Source of the DNA: Planctomycetota bacterium
GTDB taxonomy: Bacteria; Planctomycetota; PLA2; JAEUHO01
Reading direction: 5' to 3'
NCBI GenBank assembly: GCA_965223505.1
Contig: CBDCWP010000012.1
Coordinates: 32,001-96,000, forward strand
DNA length: 64,000 nucleotides
The first letter of the stretch is position 1. Each line of letters starts with the position of its first letter. Shown piece by piece: positions 38,835 through 47,774 of this stretch. The position numbers and the translations under genes are program-made. Below the pieces are notes generated by a model. That model searched no databases and was not told the DNA's origin. It saw only the letters and a list, made by a program, of their open reading frames with translations.

Positions 38835-40672
38835 ACGCCGGCCGCCACCTCCAGCGCCGCCCGTTCCTGGTCTTCGCCGTATTGCTGCTGGGACCGGCGA
38901 TCGGCTTCTGCCTGCTGAGCTGGAACAGCGTTCGACAGGAGCACACGTTCCGACTGCGGGAGATGGACCGTGTCGCGCAAGACGTCCTGCAGCAGCGGCT
39001 GGACGCGACCGTCGCCGATCTCGACCGTCTGCGTACCGTCGAAGAGCAACGGCACTACTACGAGTTCCAGGACCGGTTCATCCCGCGTGAGATCCAATAC
39101 GAGAGCTTCGCGTTCCAGGACAACGCCTTGACCGACCGGTCCGGCGACGAGCGTGTGCTCGGGTGGTTCCAGTGGGAGCTCGGTGCGAAGGGCGTCTTCG
39201 AGGCGCCCCAGGTCTTCGCGCAGGACAAGGACAGGCTGCGACAGGCCATCACGGCGAGCTACGGCCCGTACCTGCGCGGGCAGCTGGCGACGGCCGCGCA
39301 GAAGAGTCTGCTGACGGCGACGCGCGTCGAGTCGTATCCGCTGCACGTGATCGCCGCCAACGAGGAGCGCGGGCAGCTGCAGGAGGAGCTGGATCTCCTG
39401 CAACGCCGTCAGCAGGCGGACGTGCAGGAGATCGCGGGACCCGGCGCGCAGCAGCGCGCGAGCGGGTCCGCCTACATCGACAGCTATCGCCGCCGCATCG
39501 GAACGGAGCAGGTGGAGGTGCGTCGTACGGAGTACCGGTACGTCGCCGCCGACGTGGGGGCGCCCGCGCCGCCGTTGGTCGCGTGGCGTCTCGTCTGGAT
39601 CCCGGCGGCGCACGCTCAGAATCGCGAGGTCAGGCGTGACCGGTGGTTGCTCCAGGGGTACGCCCTCGATCCCTTCATTCGACTCACGGCCGGATGGCAG
39701 CAGGCCGGACAGGCGCAGCTCGCCCGCGTCGGCGCCGTCGACGCGGACGGCGCCGGCCTGTCGCGCGCCTCGCTCGCGGAGGAGATCGACGCCGTGCTCC
39801 TCGCCAACGACGGCGGGCCGGCGGCGCTCGAGCTCGTCGCGCGGCCCGACTACCGCGCGGCCGAAGACGCATGGACGAAGGCGCGCACACGGTTCCTGCT
39901 GCTCATCGGCGCGTTGGTGGTCGTCGTCGCCCTCGGCTTCTTCGTGTTGATGCGCAGCGTGCGCCGTGAGATCGCACTCGCGCGGCGCAAGGAAGACTTC
40001 ATCGCCGCGATCACCCACGAGCTCAAGACGCCGCTGACCGGCATTCGCATGTACGCGGACATGCTCCGTCAGGGGTGGGTGACGAGCACCGAAGCGGCCG
40101 AGGGCTACGCCGACAAGATCCTCGACGAGACGCGCCGATTGGGCAATCTCGTGGACCAGGTATTGGACCTGGCCGCGCTGGAGCGGGGCGTGGCCGAAGC
40201 GAGCGCGGAGCTCGGCGACATCGGCGACGCCGTCGAGCAAGCGGTTGCGTTGATGGCGCCCAAGGCGGCGGAAGCGGGTGTCGAGCTGAACGTCGAGGTC
40301 GAGCCCGATCTGGGTCCCGTCTCGTTCGATCCGAAGCTGCTGCGTCCGCTCGTCTTGAACCTGGTCGACAACGCGATCAAGTACAGCGGACGATCGGACA
40401 CGAAGTCGGTCGACGTCGACGTCGTGAGGGACGGCGAGCGCGTCGTCGTCCGTGTCACGGACCGCGGCGTCGGCATCTCGCGCGAGGCGCGCAAGCAGCT
40501 GTTCGAGCCCTTCCACCGCTCCGGCGACGAGCTGACGCGGGATGCCCCGGGCGTCGGGATCGGCATGGCGCTCGTCAAGCGCTATGCCGACGCGCACCGA
40601 GCGCGGATCCTGGTCGAGAGCGAAGAAGGTCGCGGCACGTCGGTCGCCGTTCGGTTCCCACGAGGGTTGTAG
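38831..40672 (+). CDS. Sensor histidine kinase (two TM helices, large extracytoplasmic domain)
   Basis: THELKTPL H-box, NLVDNAIKY, DRGVG, GVGIGM; GTGA overlap with the regulator. Confidence 0.95.
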   Translation: MNAGRHLQRRPFLVFAVLLLGPAIGFCLLSWNSVRQEHTFRLREMDRVAQDVLQQRLDATVADLDRLRTVEEQRHYYEFQDRFIPREIQYESFAFQDNALTDRSGDERVLGWFQWELGAKGVFEAPQVFAQDKDRLRQAITASYGPYLRGQLATAAQKSLLTATRVESYPLHVIAANEERGQLQEELDLLQRRQQADVQEIAGPGAQQRASGSAYIDSYRRRIGTEQVEVRRTEYRYVAADVGAPAPPLVAWRLVWIPAAHAQNREVRRDRWLLQGYALDPFIRLTAGWQQAGQAQLARVGAVDADGAGLSRASLAEEIDAVLLANDGGPAALELVARPDYRAAEDAWTKARTRFLLLIGALVVVVALGFFVLMRSVRREIALARRKEDFIAAITHELKTPLTGIRMYADMLRQGWVTSTEAAEGYADKILDETRRLGNLVDQVLDLAALERGVAEASAELGDIGDAVEQAVALMAPKAAEAGVELNVEVEPDLGPVSFDPKLLRPLVLNLVDNAIKYSGRSDTKSVDVDVVRDGERVVVRVTDRGVGISREARKQLFEPFHRSGDELTRDAPGVGIGMALVKRYADAHRARILVESEEGRGTSVAVRFPRGL

Positions 40673-40762
40673 GGCGAGCCTCGTGTTGCCCGCGTGGCGC
40701 GCCTCGCTGATCGGGCCGCCACAAGACGAAGTCCCTGAGGCTACGCAGGGGGCTGCCCCTAC
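40669..40762. repeat. REP-like doublet (GTAG type), copy 1
   Basis: Starts GTAGGGC and ends GGCTGCCCCTAC; shares a 15-mer with 54682-54696 and a reverse-complement 12-mer with 47707-47718. Confidence 0.65.
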
Positions 40763-40771
40763 ACTGCCGCC

Positions 40772-41485
40772 GTGTCGATCGCTCCCACCCTCGCCCTGCT
40801 CCTCGCCGCCGACCGCGGGTGGTTCGAGCAGCTCGAGCGCGACATCATCCACCTGCTCAACTGTCGTTTGCACTCGCCCGGCTTCGGTTCGTTCCTCGTC
40901 GCTCTGCAATCGGAGCGATACGCCATCGTCGCGTTCCTGATTGCCGCGGTCGTGATCGCGATCCGCAACCGGCGCGCCGCGCTGCGCGCCACCCTCACGG
41001 CGGCAGGGGCGTTCGGTGTGTGCATGGGGATCGCATCATTGATGTGGGCGACGATCGATCGTACGCGGCCCCCGCATCACTACGACCGTCATCTGACGAC
41101 CGAGGCGGAGTTCGCGGCCTGTGCATCGGATCCGGAGGCGATCTCCCTTCACATGAGCGCCTCCGGCCGGCCGTCGTTCCCGAGTCGCCACGGCATGACG
41201 ATCGGCGCTTTCGTGACGGCGATGTGGCTCGCCTCGCGCTGGGCGGGGATGCTCGCGCTGGTCTACGGGGCGCTCACTGCGGTCGGCCGCGTCTATGCCG
41301 CGAAGCACTGGCCGTCGGACGTGCTCGTCGGCATCGTGATGGGAATCGTCGCGGCGGTTTTCGTATGGCGTTTGCTCCCCTGGTTCGCAGAACGCCTCGG
41401 GCTACGAGGATGGCTCGATCGACACGTCGGGCCCCAGGCCGCGTCCACGGCGTCCGAGCAAGGAGCGACGGAAGAATCCGCTTGA
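40772..41485 (+). CDS. PAP2 family phosphatase
   Basis: RTRP, SFPSRH and GRVYAAKHWPSD motifs; TM segments. Confidence 0.88.
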   Translation: MSIAPTLALLLAADRGWFEQLERDIIHLLNCRLHSPGFGSFLVALQSERYAIVAFLIAAVVIAIRNRRAALRATLTAAGAFGVCMGIASLMWATIDRTRPPHHYDRHLTTEAEFAACASDPEAISLHMSASGRPSFPSRHGMTIGAFVTAMWLASRWAGMLALVYGALTAVGRVYAAKHWPSDVLVGIVMGIVAAVFVWRLLPWFAERLGLRGWLDRHVGPQAASTASEQGATEESA

Positions 41486-41540
41486 CGGGGTAGACTGGTG
41501 CCCCGGACCGGGCAGGGTCTGAGCCGCGGATCCCTATTTC

Positions 41541-42392
41541 TTGGATGTCATCACCCGCCATAGGCTGAACATGCTCTCCGTCGACGCCGCGGCGATCGAC
41601 GACGGCGACGTCGCCAGTCGGATGCAGTGCATCTACGAGGCGTTCATCGCCCGGGTGCCGTACGAGAATCTCTCGAACAACCGAGCGGTGTGCGAGCACC
41701 CGGACGACCCCGAGAGCTGGCCCCGCGCGACGGACAAGCTCCTGCGCGAAAACGCGGCGTACGGGCTCGGCGGCACGAGCTTCTCGCTGGCGTATGCGCT
41801 CCGGGACGTGTTCCGCGGCGCCGGGTCGAACGCGCACTGCGCGCTGGGCTACAACCTCGTCACCGAGCAGGCGCATGCGGCGGTGCTCGTCTACTACGAC
41901 GACGGCCCGGTGCTCTACGACCCCGCGCTGCTCATGGCGGGCCCGATCCCGGTCCGGCCGGGCGGCACGCTCGAGGACCCGCTCGGCACGTTCGCGCTCC
42001 AGCCGCGCTGCGGCCCGACGCTGACGGTGACCTTGACGCTGCGGCCGGAGCTACGGCAGGACGTCACGTCCCAGCCGGCCTGGGTCGACCCCGGCTACGG
42101 CCTCGAGGACGAGCGCGCGATCTACTCGGTCATTCCCATACCGGCGGCGCCGCACAACTACCGTCAGGCCTGGCAGGCGTCGTTCTATCGGGGCCGCTCC
42201 ATGCCGTTGCGTCTGGCCCGACGTGTCGGCAACGAGATCTACCGCTACGGCGAGCGGCCCGGCAGCGTCGAGATCCTGCGCAAGACGGGGCGCGAGGAGC
42301 TGTGCGTGGACGCCGAGCCGGTGGAGATCCTGCACGAGATCTTCGGCATCGATACGGAGTGTCTGGAGGACTGGTACCGGACGCGGACGTAG
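41541..42392 (+). CDS. Arylamine N-acetyltransferase-fold protein with Ser at the catalytic Cys position
   Basis: VPYENL, GGTSF (family GGxCF), HAAVLV, LYDP. Alternative ATG start at 41571. Confidence 0.75.
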   Translation: MDVITRHRLNMLSVDAAAIDDGDVASRMQCIYEAFIARVPYENLSNNRAVCEHPDDPESWPRATDKLLRENAAYGLGGTSFSLAYALRDVFRGAGSNAHCALGYNLVTEQAHAAVLVYYDDGPVLYDPALLMAGPIPVRPGGTLEDPLGTFALQPRCGPTLTVTLTLRPELRQDVTSQPAWVDPGYGLEDERAIYSVIPIPAAPHNYRQAWQASFYRGRSMPLRLARRVGNEIYRYGERPGSVEILRKTGREELCVDAEPVEILHEIFGIDTECLEDWYRTRT

Positions 42393-42443
42393 CGCTCGCG
42401 ATCGGGGGCCGGCGGCATCGTCGGAAGGCACCAACCGGTTCGC

Positions 42444-42468
42444 GGGCGGGGTCAAGCCCCGCCCCTAC
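42444..42468 (-). repeat. Single REP-like palindrome (GTAG type)
   Basis: Minus strand reads GTAG-GGGCGGGG-CTTGA-CCCCGCCC, an 8-bp perfect stem between convergent genes. Confidence 0.7.
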
Positions 42469-42535
42469 GCGGACCAGGACGCCTACGGCCGCCTGGTCCT
42501 TTCCCACGAACGAGATCGCGTTCCGCGATCTCGTT

Positions 42536-45460
42536 CTATTGCACCTGCCGCACCGTGACCATGACGACGATCTTGCGTCCGTCGCTCACGCCCGGCATGT
42601 CGATCGGAAGCAGCAACGACTCGCCGTCCTTCATCTGTTGCCCATCCGAGAAATCGGAGACGCGATGCCAGCGGGGGAGCTGAATCGCCGCTTCCTTGAT
42701 CGGCACACCCGGATACGACTTCGTCTCGATGCCCGCGAGCTTCGCGGCGCGCGCGCGCACCCGCACGGGCCGGAACCCGTTCTCGTCCGTCAGGCCGGGC
42801 CGAATCTCGACGAGGAGCCCCTCTTCCGCGACGCCGTACACCGGCGTGTACCGCTTCGTCTTCTCGTCGACGCTGCGGATGTAGATGTCCTTCGTGATCT
42901 GTCGCACGCGCAGGTTCTGGTGGACGACCTGCTGGGTGGCACGCACCGGCAGCTTGATGTCCGTCGCGTACAGACTGTCGTCGGCTGCGCTACCGATGCG
43001 GCGCCGCAGCTCGACGCTCGCCCGCTCGTCCGCCAGGAAGGAGCCGTTCTCGGTCGCCTCGACGCCTTCGAGCGACGTCCAGTCCGTCAGCCGGTCCTGG
43101 GCTGCAATGACCGATGTGACGTGAATCTCGAACAGGTCGTTCTCGTGCGCCATGAGCGCGTCGATCTGCTTCTGTAGCTCGGCGTGCTCGACCTTTCCGA
43201 GCGTCGCCGTCAACGTGTTGTCGGTCACGCTGAGGATGTCCGGCGCCAGGTCGATGCCCGCGCGTCGCGCGAGAATGTCCTCCAGGTAGTCATTGCGGTA
43301 CTCGCGAAGGACGGAGAGCGGCGGCGGAATCGTCGCGGCGCGCAGGTTCACGGGCCAACCTTCGTACACGAATTGATCGATGAACTCGTTGAACGATCGC
43401 AGGTCGTAGTCCCGGCGGATCGAGTCGTCCGGGATGATCCGGCTCGAAGGCGGCAGCGCGGGCGCCGTGTCCGGTGTCGCGACGTCGCGCGGGCGAACGC
43501 CGATCAGGACGATCAGTTGCTCGCGCTCGCCGTTCGACGCGGGGAACGGATTCCGCAGGCCCAGTAGCATGAACGTCGAGGCGTGCTCCAACTCGCGGTC
43601 GGCCTCGATGCGCTGCTCCGTGAGGAGCGGGACACGCGTGTGCCGAAGTCCGCCGCTCTGCTTCGGTACGTTCACGGAGCTGACGGGCTCCCGAACGCTG
43701 CCGACGACGGAGAGCGCGGCGCGCGCCTGGCCCATCGTGCGGCGCGGCTTCATGTCCTCGACGTACAGATCCAACCAGACGCCGTAGCGCGCGGCGTCGG
43801 GGGGCACCGTCAGCGGCGGCGGCGTCAGTCCCTGGAAGACCGGATGGTCCTTCGTGAGGTCGGTCACGTGCAGCACCGTTGCGTGCTCGGTGCCCATGTC
43901 GAGCGTCACGCTGCCGACGTGGAGCAACGGGTCGCCGGGCAGCTGCTGGAGGTGTTCGACGCACTCGCTCACCAGCTTGTTGCGCACGACGAGCTCGTGG
44001 CCGCTCTCATTGAATTTCGCGAACACACCGAGGGACTCGGTCGCCTGAACGATCGTGCCGAGGTTGCCCGCCATCAGATGGACGTCGATCACCATCTCGA
44101 GCGGTTCGGCGCGGAACGGCGCGATCAGCTCGCGCTCGATGCGGCGGTGGACGGACTCGCTGTCCTGGATGCAGATGACGTGACCGAAGCGCGCGCGCAC
44201 GCGCGGCGCCTGCTCCGCCCGCCGGGAACCCGGCCGCCGAACGGGGCGGCCGCTGGTCGACCACTCCCCGCGGATCTGTCTTCGGATCCAGCGCTCCGCC
44301 CACCGTGCGCGGGTGAGCAGGCTGTCGTCCTTCCCCGCGCTGAGTCCGCCATCGAACTTCGAGGCCTGCATCCCGCCGAAGCGCCGCTCCCCGCGCGGCG
44401 GCGACATCTCGTAGAAACGCAGCGGATCACTCGTGTCGTCGGACGCCGTGAAGTTGTCCGCCAGGAAACGGTAGAAGCGATTCTCGTGTCCACCGACCTT
44501 CTTGGACGGGTCCGGCGGCACCGGCTCCGGCGCGAAGCTCAGGCCGAGCTTGCGCCCCTCCGTGTGGGTTTCGCGCATCCACATGAGCAGGTCGAGCCGG
44601 TCGCGCGACAAGTCGTCCGCGTCCATGACGTCGGACGTCACCCGGAAGCTGCTGTCGTCGATGGCGAGGATCGCCTGGCGAAACGAGTCGTCCGCCTCGA
44701 CGAACCGCTCTTCCTTGTAGAAGCGCCGTCCCGTCTCGAACAGCGCGCGCACGTTCTCCCGCAGACGCTGGTACTCCTCGATCTGCAGCGTCTGGACGAA
44801 GCGCAGGAGGTTTCCGATCAGCTCTCCGCGGTTCGGGAGCTTCTGCTCGATCTGCTGGAGCAGCCGCTGCGCGTCCTGGTACTCGGACTCGTGTGGCTTT
44901 GCCGCGCCCTGGGCCCGGTAGCACGCTTGGCGGGCGTCTTGATAGCGCCCTTCGCGAAACGCCTTCTTCGCGCGCAGGAGGAAGTCGCGGACCTCTTCAC
45001 GCCGCTGCTTGTCGATGGCGGCCAGCTCCTGCGCGAAGCGCTCACCTCGATCCTGCTCGCTCTTGATGCGCGCGCGCTCCTGCGCGAGCTTCTTCTTCTC
45101 GTCCTGGGCCCACTCGTGATCGGACGCCTTGAGCTGGCGGTCGGCGAGGATCTGGTCCCAGATCGCGATCGCGTCGTCGTAGCGCTCCAGGTTCCGCAAG
45201 CACCGGGCGGCGCCCTTCAAGACCTTGCCGCGCCGCACGTCGCCGAGCGCAGCGCGGTCTTCCAACAGGCTCTCGTAGATGGCGAGCGCTTCCTCGAACG
45301 ACTTCTCCTGGAGCTCCTTCTGGCGCGCGTCCACGAGGCGCGCGTCGATGTCCAATTCGTCGCTCGCCGCCGGCGGCGCGATGCCGAAGATCACCAGGGC
45401 GAGAAGCGACGCGGACCACAGGACGCGCGCCGACGGGGGAGTCAGTTGGATGTTCATCAC
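42536..45460 (-). CDS. Large secreted protein: TPR/coiled-coil N-terminus plus secretin-like C-terminal modules
   Basis: Signal peptide; TPR-like 'RYDDAIAIWDQIL'; C-terminal 'GLLVEIRP..LPRW..KDGESLLL..IVVMVTV' resembles secretin-like beta domains (tentative). Confidence 0.6.
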   Translation of the reverse strand: MMNIQLTPPSARVLWSASLLALVIFGIAPPAASDELDIDARLVDARQKELQEKSFEEALAIYESLLEDRAALGDVRRGKVLKGAARCLRNLERYDDAIAIWDQILADRQLKASDHEWAQDEKKKLAQERARIKSEQDRGERFAQELAAIDKQRREEVRDFLLRAKKAFREGRYQDARQACYRAQGAAKPHESEYQDAQRLLQQIEQKLPNRGELIGNLLRFVQTLQIEEYQRLRENVRALFETGRRFYKEERFVEADDSFRQAILAIDDSSFRVTSDVMDADDLSRDRLDLLMWMRETHTEGRKLGLSFAPEPVPPDPSKKVGGHENRFYRFLADNFTASDDTSDPLRFYEMSPPRGERRFGGMQASKFDGGLSAGKDDSLLTRARWAERWIRRQIRGEWSTSGRPVRRPGSRRAEQAPRVRARFGHVICIQDSESVHRRIERELIAPFRAEPLEMVIDVHLMAGNLGTIVQATESLGVFAKFNESGHELVVRNKLVSECVEHLQQLPGDPLLHVGSVTLDMGTEHATVLHVTDLTKDHPVFQGLTPPPLTVPPDAARYGVWLDLYVEDMKPRRTMGQARAALSVVGSVREPVSSVNVPKQSGGLRHTRVPLLTEQRIEADRELEHASTFMLLGLRNPFPASNGEREQLIVLIGVRPRDVATPDTAPALPPSSRIIPDDSIRRDYDLRSFNEFIDQFVYEGWPVNLRAATIPPPLSVLREYRNDYLEDILARRAGIDLAPDILSVTDNTLTATLGKVEHAELQKQIDALMAHENDLFEIHVTSVIAAQDRLTDWTSLEGVEATENGSFLADERASVELRRRIGSAADDSLYATDIKLPVRATQQVVHQNLRVRQITKDIYIRSVDEKTKRYTPVYGVAEEGLLVEIRPGLTDENGFRPVRVRARAAKLAGIETKSYPGVPIKEAAIQLPRWHRVSDFSDGQQMKDGESLLLPIDMPGVSDGRKIVVMVTVRQVQ

Positions 45461-45514
45461 GACCCCATAGGGGAACGAACGATCCAGGCCGGTGCAAGCT
45501 CGGTTCGCGCGTTT

Positions 45515-46171
45515 CTACGCGAGGGCGCCTGCAACGGCCTGCGCGGCGCGCACCGGGTCCGCCGCGTCGAGGATGCCGCTGCCGACCGCGACGCGCCGCG
45601 CCCCCGCGGCGGCAAGCGACGCGACGTTGGCCGGCGTGATGCCGCCGATGGGGAAGACCGGCAAATCGCCGGCCGCCGGCAGGCTGCGTCGCACGAGCGC
45701 CGCGCCCCCGGGCGCGAGCTCGAGCTCCTTGGAGCCGGTCTCGAAGCACGGCCCCAGGCCGACGTAGTCCACCGGCAGCGAGCGCGCCTCGCGAACCTCG
45801 CGTTCGTCGTGCGTCGACAGACCCAAGATCGCGTCGGGGCCGAGCAGCGCGCGCGCCGCCACCGCGTCCATGTCGTCCTGGCCGACGTGCGCGCCGTCCG
45901 CGCCGGCGTCCTGCACGAGGTCCGGGCGATCGTTGAGGATCAACAATGCGAAGTGCGGGCGCAGGCGCTGCGCCCACGCCACGATCCGCTCGTCGGGTTG
46001 GCCCTTCGCGCGTAGCTGCACCATGTCGACATTGCGCAGGCGCTGCAGCGTGTCGAGCCAGTCGCCCTTCGCGACGTGGGGCGAGACGATCAAGCAGATG
46101 CGTGTCGTGTCGGCGCGCAATCGCGCGCGTCGCCGCTCGCCGCTGCCCGCGGCCGACGTCACGGCGTCCAT
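45515..46171 (-). CDS. thiE: Thiamine-phosphate synthase
   Basis: VQLRAK, ILNDRPD, GAHVGQDD, GLSTH, DYVGLGP..T.SK, PIGGI. Confidence 0.92.
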   Translation of the reverse strand: MDAVTSAAGSGERRRARLRADTTRICLIVSPHVAKGDWLDTLQRLRNVDMVQLRAKGQPDERIVAWAQRLRPHFALLILNDRPDLVQDAGADGAHVGQDDMDAVAARALLGPDAILGLSTHDEREVREARSLPVDYVGLGPCFETGSKELELAPGGAALVRRSLPAAGDLPVFPIGGITPANVASLAAAGARRVAVGSGILDAADPVRAAQAVAGALA

Positions 46172-46824
46172 CCCGCCGGAAATGGATCCGGCGCGCGGCG
46201 CTGCCGGCGCCAGCTCGGCTCGGCGCCGTCGGGCGTCTTGGGCAACGGACGAACCATGTAGCTGTCGCCCCCGAGCGGGAACCCGATGACGGGCTGGCCT
46301 TCGTCGAGGCCGTACAGAAACGCCGGCGGCGCGAAGAGGCCCATGCTCGTTCTCGGCGCGTCCGGCGCGAACGCTTCGATCGTCGTCGGGAATCCGCCGG
46401 CGGCGCGCGCGCCGGCTTGGCGCCAGGTCGCGCGCAACGCGTCGGCGCCCTGCATCGAGGTCTCGACGTCCCCGACCTTTACTTGCGACCCGACGAGGAC
46501 GCCGAGCACGATGAACGCCGCCAGCGCGCCCGCGCGCGACGGATGCGGGCCGAGGTCGGGCCACCCGTAGAAGCGGCGCGTGCCCCACGAGGCGCCGCCG
46601 AAGATCGCCACGATCGGCGCGCCGACCCAACCGATGGAGAACAGCACGTCCCCATGCCCGTGGTCGTAGCGCGCGAGCTCCATCCACAGCGCGAAGCACA
46701 CGGCGCAGAGAGCCGCGAGCGGCGCATGGCGCCATTTCTTGAGGCTGTCGACGCAGAGGGAGGCGGCAGCGAACGAGACGACCAGGAGGCAAGCGGCGAG
46801 CGAGGCGGACATCGTTCGCGTCAT
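46159..46824 (-). CDS. Hypothetical membrane protein (about 4 TM)
   Basis: Several hydrophobic segments; 3' end overlaps the thiE start. Confidence 0.6.
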   Translation of the reverse strand: MTRTMSASLAACLLVVSFAAASLCVDSLKKWRHAPLAALCAVCFALWMELARYDHGHGDVLFSIGWVGAPIVAIFGGASWGTRRFYGWPDLGPHPSRAGALAAFIVLGVLVGSQVKVGDVETSMQGADALRATWRQAGARAAGGFPTTIEAFAPDAPRTSMGLFAPPAFLYGLDEGQPVIGFPLGGDSYMVRPLPKTPDGAEPSWRRQRRAPDPFPAGWTP

Positions 46825-46906
46825 GTTGGGGCGCGGGACCGGCCCGAGACCCGAAATTCGGGGTCTTCCTCGAGGCCTGAATGTGAGGGATGCATTCAGG
46901 CCGTGA

Positions 46907-47710
46907 ATGTCCGTCGCGGCGGCGGCCCTCTTCCATCGGGAGGTCGCGGACCTCGTCGGCACCTCGTTCGTCTATCCCTTCGGCCGCGACGAGGTCATCG
47001 ACGTCGAGCTGCGCGAAAACGAGACGATGAACACCGAGCTCGACGACGCCTGCCGCCGCGCCCACGCATCGGTCGAGCCGGGCGCCTACGTCTGCGTTGC
47101 GCTGAGCGATACCGGCGAGGGCATGCCGCCCGCCGTCCGGCGGCGCGTCTTCGAGCCCTTCTTCACGACGAAGTCGCGCGCCGATGCCCGCGGTCTCGGG
47201 TTGACGAGCGTTTACGGCATCGTGAAGGAGAACGGCGGCAACGTCTGGGCCTACAGCGAGCTTGGCCACGGCAGCACGTTCAAGATCTACCTGCCGCGCG
47301 TCGAGCCGGCGACGCGCCCCGCGGTTGCGAGCGCCGCGTCGAGCGACAAGACGGTGCTCGTCGTCGAGGACGAGTCGGATGTCCGGGCGCTGGTGCGCGA
47401 GGTGCTCGAGTCGGCGTCGTTCTCCGTGCTGGAGGCGCGCAACGGAACCGAGGGGGTGCGCATCGTCGAGCAGTACGAGGGGGACGTGCAGCTGATGATC
47501 AGCGACATCGTGATGCCTCGCATGGGCGGGCCGGACATGGCCGAGAAGGTGCAGGCCGTGCATCCCGAGATCCCGGTGATCTTCATGTCGGGCTATACGC
47601 CGAGGGACGTCGTGCGCAGGCGCTTGCTGCGCGAGAGTGACATCTACCTGCAGGAGCCGTCTACGCCGGATCAGCTGGTCGGCAAGGTGCGAGACGTTCT
47701 GGTGAGGTAG
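46907..47710 (+). pseudogene. Truncated CckA-like hybrid kinase fragment (partial HATPase plus receiver)
   Basis: SDTGEGM, FEPFFTTK, GLGL, VLVVEDE and SDIVMP are present. H-box and N-box are absent, and the receiver KP motif reads EP. Confidence 0.65.
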
Positions 47711-47774
47711 GGGCAGCCATCGTGGCGGCCCAACCAGGCGCGTTCCTGTCGGGCGACCACGAGGGTCGCGTTAC
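47707..47774. repeat. REP-like doublet (GTAG type), copy 2
   Basis: GTAGGGGCAGCCATCGTGGCGGCCC ... GGGCGACCACGAGGGTCGCGTTAC in inverted orientation between convergent stops. Confidence 0.7.
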
